From the NCBI RefSeq assembly GCF_009914755.1, contig NC_060934.1: DNA of 64,000 nt. The stretch is one strand, 5' to 3'. Made by a program: the position numbers and the translations under genes. The DNA comes from the human T2T-CHM13v2.0 reference genome, Homo sapiens. The notes below the pieces were generated by a model. It made no database searches. It was not told the origin of the DNA and saw only the letters and a program-made list of their open reading frames with translations. Shown in pieces: positions 1 to 10,220 of this stretch (position 1 is its first letter; every line of letters starts with the position of its first letter).

Positions 1-1159
1 TGTGTACAAAGTAGTTTCATACTCTGATGTTAGTATAGAAAATGCATCCCACTCAGAAAGTTTACCATGTGGACATAATTTAAAATAAAATAAAAGCATG
101 GAGTAGCTTTTTGACAATTTATTTGTGATATAAAAATTTTGAAAAGACTAAAAATGTTAGGGGCAAAAGGAAATGGTTATATAAATTGTTAAATTAACTT
201 GATGAAATATTTGAAGATACTCTAGCAACTTGGCCACCTACCATGATATTTAAGCTATTGTGATAACTATAAAACTGTTTGAGAATGGAGGAGAATAGTC
301 AAGGAAGACAGGAAAAATGTACATAGTACTAGCCTGGTTGAAATAAGGGTGATCAATATTTCTTCTTAATTGCTTAAATGTTGAAACAGTTATATAGTTC
401 AATGAAGGGTATGATATGTTGAGATATAACCTTAATCCTTAAAGAGCTTGGCTTATAACATAATTGCAGGGAGATAGTAAGTACAGTTTTGCATGGAAAA
501 ATAACTGATGCCCTAGGATTTCTGTCATCAGAGTTGAAGGAATACCATGGACAATAAGAATTTCAGTTCCAACGTTTTTCTTCTATGCTGGCATTTCTAT
601 CTTCTGAGATATTGACAGGATGGTCAATTCAGAGTCCATCAGACACAGGAAACATATTACATGAAGAATAGCATCCCTAGTGCATTACTCCGTCATTTCC
701 AGCTCATTTAGTTTCCATCTACAAATCCATTTGGTGCTTCTATTAAACAGTGACTGATTTTCCAATTTAAACCACATTCATTCATATTTTATTTAGTTTT
801 GCTTTGTTATAAAAATACTCTAGGATAAGACTTAATGATCACCACTAATTACATTTTTACAAAAATTTCACTTAATTCTTCTGAAGTTTACATTTGTATA
901 GGGAATTGGGAACATCTCAATTCAGTTTATCTTCTGAATAATCGTGAGTAAACTATTCTGGATACAATATGACTGTAACGTTTTAGAAAGGGTCAATTTT
1001 CAAGTCTGTCCTTGATGCAAAGATTGGTATCCTATGACTGTGTATGGTTGGACCAGAAAGCTAGTGGATCAAGATCATTGGCTGTTTCTGTGTGGCCAAG
1101 TTAGGTTTGGAAATGTGCTCGTACTCTGTGCCCTGCTTATATGTTGTTGATCTTACTAA

Positions 1160-1545
1160 TGCTATGGGCTAAATTGTGTCCCCTAAAATGTATATGTTGA
1201 AGCCCTGACCCCCAATGTGATGGTCTTTGGAGATGGGTCCTTTGAGAGATAATTAGATTTAGATAAAGTCATGAAGTTGAGCCCTCATGATGGGATTAAT
1301 ATCCTTATTAGAAGAAACTCCAAAGTGCTTACCTCCTCTTTCTCTCCCAGCCAAGAGAGGACCAAGCAAGAAGGTGGCCGTCTATGAGCCAGGAAGAGAT
1401 TCCTTAACAGGAACCAATGATCATGCTGGCATCCTGATTTTCAAATTCCAGCCTCCAGAACCATGAAAAACAAACAAACAACAAACAAATTTCTATTGTT
1501 TAAGCCACCCAGTCTATGCTGTTTTGTTACAGCAGCCTGACTAAG
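1160..1545 (+). mobile_element. MaLR solo LTR (MLT1A/MST-like)
   Basis: Starts TGCTATGGGCTAAATTGTGTCCCC and contains CCAGCCTCCAGAACC and ACAGCAGCCTGACTAAG; the last ~3 nt are missing. Confidence 0.75.
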
Positions 1546-2155
1546 TGTTAGGGTACCACATCCGTGGCTGAAGGTCATCTTCCAATGGCCAGTGTCTCTA
1601 ACTTGTTGTTTGAGGACTTTCTCTGAAACCAAAGGCAACTCAGCTTGAGGTCTTGAAAGTGTCAAGAAACTCACCAATGCATTCTCCACCCGCAGCAGCT
1701 CTCAACTACTGGCTGTAGCATTTGACTCCTGGATTCTGGAAAAGAACTCTAGGGGTGTATTCTGAATTGTTTATCACACCCGTTGGCACCTGGCTTCATG
1801 ACACAGCCTTTTGGGGCTGCTTTCTCTTTGTGGTCACATCCTTATTCCCTGAGAGAGGTTTCCTGTGTCTCTCAGATAAACTACCAGCACTTGATTTTTG
1901 CTCAGGGTCTGGCTTGTTGGAACACAAGACAACGCTGAAGGTCTTACTTTGTAAGGCATCTTGTTTATGTGATAGGATATAGCCAATTGCAGGGGGGAAA
2001 TTGCAGGGGTCTGGAAATGTCACTAGTGTGTTAGCAATGCTGGAAACAGATTGAAGTGCAGCTTTAATCCTGGTACATAACAGTGTTTCTCTCCTACCTC
2101 AAACACTCAGGCAACACATGCATGTTTGCATTGAATGTATGTTTATTTTTACAAT

Positions 2156-2921
2156 TGTTAAATCAAACTAAAATCTCATCTGCAAAAGCCTCTGTACTCA
2201 TACACTTGAATTATTGCATATGAACTGCAACCTGACTTAGTAAGTAAAAAAACAGAAAACCTAATTCAGGAATGTGCTTCTGTAAGAAGAGCTAAGTCTC
2301 AGCAAACACAGCAGCTCTACTTCAACCATGCACAGGCAGCCAGTTGTTCAAATTGTTTTCAAGTAAGGCAAATGCCAAGCTATAACCAATCCAGCTGTTT
2401 CCGGGCCTCACTTCTTTTTTTTTTTTTTTCTTTTTTTTCCTTTGAGGCAGAATCTCTCTCTGTTGCAGAGGCTGGAGTGCAGTGGCATGATCTCGGCTCG
2501 CTGCAACCTCCGCCCCCCAGGTACAAGTGATTCTCCTTCCTCAGCCTCCTGAGTAGCTGGGATTACAGGCACCCACCAACACCCCTGGTTAATTTTTGTA
2601 TTTTTAGTACAGACAGGGTTTTGCCATGCTAGCCAGGCTGGTCTTGAACTCCTGACCTCAAGTGATCCACCTGCCTTGGCCTCCCAAAGTGCTGGGATTA
2701 CAGGTGTGAGCCACTGTGCCTGGCCTCTGTGCCTCACTTCTGGTTTTCATGCATCATATTCCTTTTTTTCTGCCTGTAAATCTCCTCTGACCATGTGGCA
2801 GCCTCAGAGTCTCTCTGAATCTGTTCTAATTTTTGGGACTGCCTGATTCATGAATCATGTTTTTTGTCTTGCTCAATTAAACTCTGTTAAATGTAATTTC
2901 TCTAAAGTTTTTATTTAAACA
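2156..2921 (+). mobile_element. ERV1 5' LTR, MER57 family (interrupted by an Alu)
   Basis: TGTTAAATC...AAACA termini; MER57-like motifs AAGGCAAATGCCAAGCTATAACCAATCCAGCTGTTTC and GCTCAATTAAACTCTGTTAAAT; followed directly by a PBS. Confidence 0.8.
2414..2725 (-). mobile_element. AluS (Sx/Sz-like) inserted in the MER57 LTR
   Basis: Full dimer with poly-T; TSD core GCCTCACTTCT on both sides. Confidence 0.95.
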
Positions 2922-2925
2922 CATC

Positions 2926-2943
2926 TGGTATCAGAAGTGAAAT
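2926..2943 (+). promoter_or_regulatory. Retroviral primer-binding site, tRNA-Leu type (degenerate)
   Basis: TGGTATCAGAAGTGAAAT lies 4 nt after the LTR end; the complement of the tRNA-Leu(CAA) 3' end is TGGTGTCAGAAGTGGGAT. Confidence 0.75.
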
Positions 2944-3729
2944 TTGAAGTAAAACTTTGGTAGCACCCAGGAACAGCAGGGGACCAGGTGATGTGCCCAC
3001 AGAGCCAATTTTTCTCACTGCTCTCTTGTTTGTAAACTATAGGTCATGGGTGAGTTTTCTCTGAGATTCTGAAGTCCATTAATGTGTATTCTGAGCTCTT
3101 TGAATTTATTTGAGCAATATTTAGATGCATTGGATCCAGGATTAGATTAGATTTGGATTGGATTTACTTAGAGGCCTTGGCCCTCAGGCAGGTGCATTTT
3201 TGATAATAGGTTTGTCTCAATCCAAATTGTCTGGGTCTCCACCTTCTGGGATTCTAGTTCATTTTATGTATAGAAATTATGAGCCCAGAATGTATGCATT
3301 TTTAGAAAAACGGGTTAACCTTACTAGAGAAAACTTAGAATTAATATGGCCACAATGGAGAAGTTTTAAATTGGATAAAATGCTTTATTTGTGAGGCATA
3401 TAAGAAAAAAGGATTAAAAAATCCTGCAAACACAATGGAATGTATTCTTTAATTGGTATATGGAGACATCTAAAAGACTATACAAATCAAAAATTTCTGC
3501 CTTAAAATATATTTATTTTTTGCAAAAAAGCAAATGGGAAGCTTAAGTAACAGACCAAGAACATGACCAAAAAGGGCTATACAGTGACCTAACCAACCCC
3601 AACTATCCCTTTTCTATCCATTTCTACATATATACTCTGAGCCCATTCCTAAATTACCCTGTCACAATGAAGATGATGAAAACAGAAAAATTAAACAAGA
3701 TATGCCTTACAAAGTAAGGCATAAAAATC

Positions 3730-3888
3730 TTTTTATTTTTATTTTATTCTTATTTTTTTAATTTTATTTTTCCATAAGTTATTGGGGTACAGGTGTTATT
3801 TGGTTACATGAGTAAGTTCTTTAGTGGTGATTTGTGAGATCATGGTGCACCCATTACCCGAGCAGTATACACTGCGCCGTATTTGTTG
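3730..3888 (-). mobile_element. Short L1 3'-end fragment (L1PB-like) inserted in gag
   Basis: T-rich tail plus GGGGTACAGGTGTTATTTGGTTACATGAGTAAGTTCTTTAGTGGTG; flanking duplication TACAAAGTAAG at 3708-3718 and 3889-3899. Confidence 0.85.
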
Positions 3889-3926
3889 TACAAAGTAAGA
3901 CCTTCTGACCTATTGTCAGGTACTAT

Positions 3927-4787
3927 TATAAAAGCAGACAATGTTTTTTTTCTAGTGCCCTAGTTGTTTGCAATAAAGGCAGACAACTTGGGGTAAAGAA
4001 TTTCTTGTTCTAGGACCTCTTGGTTGGAACTTAAAGTGAGGATGAGAAGGTCTCTTTGGCTTTGTCCCTTATAACTGTTGTAATTGGAGAGACATAAGCT
4101 TGTTAGCCTTTTGGGTTTGTTCTTGCCCTGGAGTCCTCACAAAATGTTCAGCTAAAGTCACCCATTCAGTCATATCTGTAACTTCCTGTCTCAGTTTATA
4201 TTTTTTAATTAAACTGCTAAGCTCAAGACAGAGTCCATTTATAAATAGAGCAGTTAATGTCATTCCAATCCCCGCAGGAAATGCTCTTTGCTGTGTGTTG
4301 ATTCCTTTTTTTTTTTTTTCTACGAGATTGTATGATGGGCCAATCAATTTTTTTGTGGAAAAATCTTAGGAATTGAATCTAAAGGTTTTAGCAATTTTTT
4401 TCTAGCTCCTTTTGGCCCTTCTCATGAAGAGGTTTTCGAAAGGTCTTTAATATCCTCCTCAGGTTTGTCCAGTTCCACTGTTGCCATTCATTTTCAGGTG
4501 TTGCCAAGCCCCAAGGTCAAGTGAATAAATTGGTAAATGTCAGGGAATCCTGGGTCATAACCTCCTAGGAGAATTCTAAATTCCTCAGTAAATTTTTGAG
4601 GATTTTCCCTTGAATCAGGGAAGTCCTTTATAATGGCTCTAAGCTCAGTTTCAGACCATGAAGTGTAGATGGTTGCAGCAGGAAGGCCTGACTTTGTTCA
4701 GAAGGTCTTACTTTGTAAGGCATCTTGTTTAATTTTTCTTGTCTCATCATCTTCATTGTGAAAAGATAATTTAGCAAAAAGATTAGT
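3927..4787 (-). mobile_element. Inverted ERV1 gag 3' part (capsid to nucleocapsid zinc knuckle)
   Basis: The minus strand gives capsid-like TSWSETELRAIIKDFPDSRENPQKF and LTALFINGLCLELSSLIK, and ends in the CCHC knuckle CLYCKQLGH*KK..C. Confidence 0.85.
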
Positions 4788-4872
4788 GGTACTAACCTAA
4801 ATTGTATTTAATAGTACCGCACAATGGATCAGAAGGTCTTACTTTGGTACTTACCTAAATTGAAGGGTACTA

Positions 4873-6640
4873 TTTGAAAGATAGTACCTTAAAATCCTAA
4901 TGCTATCTATCAAACTTCAGTAAAAGCAATTTTAGCATCAACTAATGAACAGTAGCAAAACTAAGAAAAGATGCATCAAAAGTGCTTTAAAGGGAGCAGT
5001 CCTGGCTAATATTCTGCCAAGTTTCTGGCCATTCAGGACCTGGCTATAGGGAAAGCAGAATCAAACCAGCAGGTGCTCTGGACCCAAGCTCTCACATTGT
5101 GGCTTGCTTTCCTCCTGTGGTCCCTGGCAGCCCCTTGTCCCCTTGGCACTTCCAGGCCCCCGTGGGATGTGGGTGGAGCCCTAGGAGCCAAGGGGCCACT
5201 CGGAAAAGGCTAGAACTTGGCTGTGCAGTCAGTCGGCTTCTGCCTATCGTGGTCATGTTCTTTCCGGAGTGCCTGGAGCACTCTCTCAGTGGACGCAGTG
5301 GCCATCCAACCTTCCTGGACCATTTTCTCATAGAAGATGACCTCCCTGGTGGAGACTGCAGTGAGTCAAGATCACACCACCACATTCCAGCCTGACGACA
5401 CAGTGAGACTCCATATCAAAAAAAAAAAAAAAATCTCCCTCTGAAAATTGGAAGTGTCTTTCTTCAATTCGTGTGCCAGGTCTTGGGCCATTTTTCTTGT
5501 AGTGGTTGCCGGTCTGACGCTCACGGTTCAAGTTTTCATACAGCTTGCGAAGTCTCTGGTCAAGGTTCAGGTAGGAGGAGGACACATACTGCCTGGACCT
5601 TGACGAAAGACTCCTGCTGAGGCCCCGTCATGTGTTCTTGGTGCAGTTCAGGCAGAGTAGGAAGCATCAGCAGCAGCTATCTGAGCTCTCTCTCCAGCTC
5701 TGGACTTGCATCCTGCAGAGAGTCCTGCCTCCTGAGCAGATCTTGGATTTGTGCTGTGAGTTCTGTGCTTCTTTAGATTTCTTCTCACAATGGCATGCCT
5801 GCTTCTTCAATCTCCCCCTCAGGACATTCGAAGGACACACCTGAGTCACCATCATCACCCACAGTCTTCACAGGGACTTGTGGCCAGAATGCTGAGGGAC
5901 AACCATGTCCTGCTTCCCTGTTCACCTCCACTGCGTGGTCTCTCCCACCCTCAAGTAGATGCAGGATGCCTGGTGAGGTGTGGGCCAGGGAAGCCACTCC
6001 AACATTTGCAGCCTGGTCCATTCCTGCCTTGGCCTCTTCTGGCCTTTTCTTCTTTGCCTGCAAAGGTTGCTTCCATCTTGTAATTTCTTGGTCGGGTAGC
6101 TCTGCAAGTTGCTGACAGTCCAAGATGTCATTCAGGTTGTCCATGGTTTGCCCCTGAAGATCCTCTCCGCTGTGCTATGAAGGGTGCAGAACGTGCTTTG
6201 CATCAGTCACTTGGGGAAGTTCAGGAGGCCTGCTTTCTTTTGCTGTTTTCAGAAGCTCACCTGAGTCCCAAAGGGAAGACCTGCTCATTTCATTTGGAAT
6301 CCTCACGTAGAGGGTTTGGGGCAATCAAGAACTAGCCTCCGACATGGACAACATGAAGCCACCATTGGCCTCAGGTGCTAGTCACATCTTGTCTCTGGCC
6401 TTTCCGTTGATTTCATGCTGGGCCAAATCCCTTTGGGCCGGCTCACCACATGTCATCCCCTGACCATAAAGGCCAACACAGCAGTGCACGCTTGGATCAC
6501 CGGGTATCCATAAGGTTCCTGGCACTAGTCCCAGGATTCTATATTAGTACTACTGTCCACAGGTGGGCCAGCAGCAGCTGAGTAGGCATTTCGTGGTAGG
6601 CAGCAGGCCCTCTGTGGCTCCCAAGGGCTCTGCAGCTTAG
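4873..6640 (-). pseudogene. Intronless, highly diverged cTAGE5/MIA2-like (CTAGE family) pseudogene with 3' UTR
   Basis: After removing the Alu, the minus strand reads YKK/MAQDLAHELKKDTSNFQREVIFYEKMVQEGWMATASTERVLQALRKEHDHDRQKPTDCTAKF. This aligns without gaps to cTAGE5 [65 protein letters not shown] (from memory). STELTAQIQDLLRRQDSLQ matches [20 protein letters not shown], and PYGYP-VIQACTAVLAF matches LYGFPWELVICAAVVGF. The start codon appears mutated (GCC ACA GAG, 6615-6613), with several stops and frameshifts. Confidence 0.8.
5348..5433 (+). mobile_element. 5'-truncated Alu (right-arm end plus poly-A) interrupting the CTAGE-like frame
   Basis: GGTGGAGACTGCAGTGAGTCAAGATC...CTCCATATC followed by a poly-A run; residual TSD CTCCCT (5342-5347 and 5435-5440); the reading frame rejoins across it. 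Confidence 0.9.
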
Positions 6641-7084
6641 CCTTCACTTGTCACTAACCTGTGAGCCACAGCTCACCACTCACTACGCTGTGGGATAGTC
6701 CACCTCTAACATGAACAAGGGCCCACCAACCAGGGTAGGCCATCCGTTGAGCTGAGGCGAGGGGAGGCATCCCGTGCGCTAGAAAACTGTGTCCCTGATT
6801 TTGCTGTGCCAATAGAAGGTGACATTACTTATGCAGTTAATTAGGGGAGTGGAAAGAGTTCATGGCAGTCCCTAGATCAAGCCTCTCCAGGCACCACTTG
6901 GCTCTACAGCACAGCTAGAGGGTCAAAGCAGGCTGTGCCACAGCCCTGTGTCCACACAAGATCCTCTCAGGACAACGTGGTGGCCAGTCCCTGGTGGGGC
7001 TCATTACCCCGATTTCAAGTTTCCTTCTGCTGCGAGGAAGCCTGGTCCCACCTACAAAGAGGCTGTCTGCCTTGCTGGATTGAG

Positions 7085-7162
7085 CTTCTTGAAGGGACTG
7101 CGTTTTCTTAATCTTTGTATCCCCAATAGCTCACCAGTATCCAGTATACACTAGGGGCTCAG
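7085..7162 (+). mobile_element. L2 3'-end remnant
   Basis: CTTCTTGAAGGGACTG...ATCTTTGTATCCCC...ACACTAGGGGCTCAGT resembles the L2 terminus. Confidence 0.55.
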
Positions 7163-7529
7163 TTGTCGTTTGTCTTGTGTTTTTGTTGACTCGACTCTAC
7201 TCTCACTTAGTACATATCACTTTCCTCTGTTGACTCCATATTCAGATCTGTGAATAAGAGTAAGTGGGTAAAGTCCCCTCTATCTTTAAAACCTCTCCAA
7301 TATAGAGAGGGTTTCTGGTTCTGAAACCAGAACCAGGAGCTAAGGAATGCTAAAGGCAGCAGTTTTCCTGGCATGATGGATAAACCCTAAAGATCTGGCT
7401 ATAGGGTGATACCTGGCCACTTGAATGCCTCTGCAGAATTTGACCCTAGTTTTCAAATTAGACCCAAGATGATATTTAGTGTGGGTGGCTTTGTGGTTTT
7501 TTTGCTTTCTTTTTTTGAGACTTTCTTTT

Positions 7530-8052
7530 TTTGAGACCTACAGAGGTTTCTGCCCTGGAATCCTGCTCCCCACAGTCACAGCTACAACATGATCCAGTCC
7601 TTGTTTTTCCAAGAATATACGCCATGGGACCGCCAGGACGCCACTTTTTTGGACTCTGCAGTCTATGTGGGCAGCAAGCCCGAAGTGGTGAGAGTCGCCC
7701 TGATGGTGAGGGCTGAGAGCAGGGTAGTTGCGTTAGGCAGCGTCCTGGCCACCAGTGACAAGCAGAGTGACTCAGCTTCTGTCTCCCCGTTGGAGTTGCC
7801 ATCTTGTCACCATGAGCTCTTCCCCAATGACCTGTTTTTTGGTTTTCCTTTGCCCGGGTGGCAATGGTGGTCTCTCTGGCCCTGCCAGGGACTAGGCATA
7901 GTGAGGGGAGGGGCAGCCGATGGGCCTGAGGTGGGTGGGTGGCCTGTGGCCTCTGGTTATGGCCTGCTGCAGCCCAGACATCTCCTCAGGCCCTCCCTGG
8001 CCCTGCTTCAGGCCTCCACCTCTGCCACCTCTGGGGACCCGGACTGCATCCC
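7530..8052. promoter_or_regulatory. GC-rich, decayed CpG-island/promoter-like segment
   Basis: Locally high GC with residual CpGs; YY1-like GCCATCTTG (7798-7806), AP-1 TGACTCA (7768-7774), RFX-like GTTGCGTTAGGCAGC (7727-7741), GC-box GGGGAGGGGC (7905-7914). Confidence 0.35.
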
Positions 8053-9135
8053 AAGACTTACTTCTAAAACTAAAAGGGCACATACAATTCTCCTCAGAGG
8101 GAGAAATAATGTTAGAGTTTCCTGTCTCTCCTGAACCAGAACTGTTATGCTCTGTGTGGCAGAAATTGATAAGATCAAAACTCAGGCCTGTGATACCTCT
8201 GACCTTTCTAAAATACCTAAATGTTTATGGACTTCTTCCTCAACTGATACAGGAAGAATTAAATGTGTGGAACCTATAAAAGTCCAAATAGACCATTCAT
8301 AACCTTTGCCTAAGTTACCCCATTGTCCACGAAAACCCAAAGAAATTCAAGGGCTGTCACCAATTATAGAATATTTAATTAAACAAGGACTTATAATTCC
8401 ATGTTTTCATCCTTCTAACACTCCAATCCTTCCAGTTTTTTTCTTTTTTTCTTTGTTTCTTTTTTTTTTAAACAAACAAACAAATGAGGTTAGACATTTG
8501 ATCAAGATTTATAGGTGTTAACAGTGGCAAATTCATGTGGTCTGCAGCAACCTGAATTCTTTCCTCCTTGGAAGAAAGAATTTGGCCAACAGACATAAGG
8601 CAGAGGGAGAGACTGAGGCAAGTTTTAGAGCAGGAATGAAAGTTTATTAAAAATGTTTAGAGCAGGAATGAAGTGAAGTAAAGTACACTTGAAAGAGTGC
8701 CTTTTCCTTGGGAAGACAGTCATGATCAGGCTTTTAACCAAATAAAATAGGCTTGACAACAGCCCTCAGATTTAGGACTTCCAAATTACACTAAACCTAT
8801 TACCTTGTTTGTTCATGAACATAACAAATCAAGCATTAGCAGTTCTTACTGAAGAACAGAGGGGGAAACATAGGTCCATTGCATGGTATAGCCAGCAACT
8901 AAACCTAGAAGCTAGGGCATATCCCAGTTGCTTAGTAGCAGTAGCAGCAGCAGCTAAGTTGGTAGATGCTTCATCTGAATTGGTTTTAGGGTGAAGCACT
9001 TAATTTGCAGTATGCTGTGGAAAGTCTTAAATTTCAATGAAACTCAGCCTTTTTCAGCAAGTTGACTAACATGAAATACTTCTCCTGTCTCCTAATCTTT
9101 ACTTAAACACTGCAGTCTACTTAACCCTACTTTAA
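8053..9135 (+). mobile_element. ERV1 internal region: protease C-terminus, RT N-terminus and RT connection domain (RT core deleted)
   Basis: QDLLLKLKGHIQFS (protease end); LPKLPHCPRKPKEIQGLSPIIEYLIKQGLIIPCFHPSNTPILPV (RT start); LGLPNYTKPITLFV...IAWYSQQL..ARAYPSCLVAVAAAAKLV (connection domain). Confidence 0.85.
8516..8697 (-). mobile_element. Truncated ERV1 LTR fragment (MER50-like) nested in pol
   Basis: TGTTAACAGTGGCAAATTC...GGTCTGCAGCAACC...GGCAAGTTTTAGAGCAGGAATGAAAGTTTATTAAAA; only one terminus is present. Confidence 0.7.
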
Positions 9136-9447
9136 TGCTCTCTCTCTCTTTTTTTTTTAACATGGTGAATAATTTCTTGTTTTCCTCCTGAGTCATATAA
9201 TATGCTCTCTTATATAATATAGCTCACTCAGACAGCACAGGCTTCATTGTCACCAGGCTATAAGAGGGGCTGTTTATTTGGCTTGTTTATTTTGGGTGCT
9301 ACAGTCTTAACTGCAGTTGTCATTAGGGATGCATAGAGGGTACATAACATGACCCAGTCATACCAGTTGCTAAAATATTGAAATATTTCTGAACTGGTTG
9401 CTAAAAGGCTGCTTCCTTGATACTCCTAACTATTCTTTCTCCCCTCC

Positions 9448-9803
9448 TGTATTAGTCCATTTTCACACTGCTGATTAAGACATACCCAAGACTGGACAAT
9501 TTACAAAAGAAAGAGGTTTAATGGACTTATAGTTCCATGTGATTGGGAAAGCCTCACAATCATCGTGGAAAGCAAAGGAAGAGCAAAGGCACAACTTACA
9601 TGGATGACAACAGGCAAAGACAGAGTTTGTGCAGGGTGACACCCCCTTATAAAGCCATCAGATCTCGTGGCACTTATTCACTATCATTAGAACAGCATGG
9701 GAAAGACCTGCCCTCATGATTCCATTATCTCCCACCAGGTCCCTCCCACAACATGTCCGAATTCAAGATGAGATTTGGGTGGGGACACAGCCAAACCATA
9801 TCA
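9448..9803 (-). mobile_element. THE1 (THE1B-like) solo LTR
   Basis: TGTATTAGTCC...GGGGACACAGCCAAACCATATCA; perfect 5-bp TSD CCTCC. Confidence 0.92.
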
Positions 9804-9928
9804 CCTCCCTTCTCCCCTCTCAAGCTGTCTAGATTTTCTCATCACTCAGATCTGATAATCAAAGAGTTAATGCTTACATATAATTTTTAATCTCAGCACT
9901 GTGTATAGGACAAGAAAAAAATAGAAGC

Positions 9929-10220
9929 TTTTTTTTTTTTTTTGAGATGGAGTCTCACTCTGTTGCCAGGCAAGTGCAGTGGCGTGATCTTGGCTTGCTG
10001 CAACCTCTGCCTCCTGGGTTCAAGCGATTCTCCTGCCTCAGCCTCCTGAGTAGCTGGGATTACAGGTGCCTGCCACCACACCTGGCTAATTTTTGTATTT
10101 ATACTAGAGACGTGGTTTCACCATGTTGGTCAGGCTGGTCTCGAACTCCTGACCTCGTGATCTGCCTGCCTCAGCCTCCCAAAGTGCTGGGATTACAGAT
10201 GTGAACCACCACACCTGGCC
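9929..10220 (-). mobile_element. AluS (Sc-like)
   Basis: Full dimer with poly-T; TSD ~AAAATAGRAGC. Confidence 0.95.

Larger units (their letters stand above)
2922..3910 (+). mobile_element. ERV1 internal region: leader plus degenerate gag 5' part (matrix-like)
   Basis: (I)GLSQSKLSGSPPSG...FLEKRVNLTRENLELIWPQWRSFKLDK resembles a gammaretroviral-type Gag N-terminus with the start codon mutated. Confidence 0.75.

Noticed and set aside
2408-2737. Alu-derived ORFs (here and at the other Alus)
   Set aside because: Standard Alu translation artefacts.
4788-4890. Short repeats separated by unique pieces (CRISPR-like look)
   Set aside because: Primate DNA, only two to three irregular units, and the 'spacers' are local copies; a repair junction explains it better.
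5785-6144. 119-aa ORF as an intact gene
   Set aside because: It is one frame-segment of the CTAGE-like pseudogene, bounded by stops and frameshifts.
7310-7334. Small hairpin GGTTTCTGGTT-CTGA-AACCAGAACC
   Set aside because: Short, imperfect and without supporting context.
7589-8134. 181-aa plus-strand ORF
   Set aside because: No recognisable homology; it runs through GC-rich DNA and across the ERV junction, so it is probably open by chance. BLASTP would settle it.
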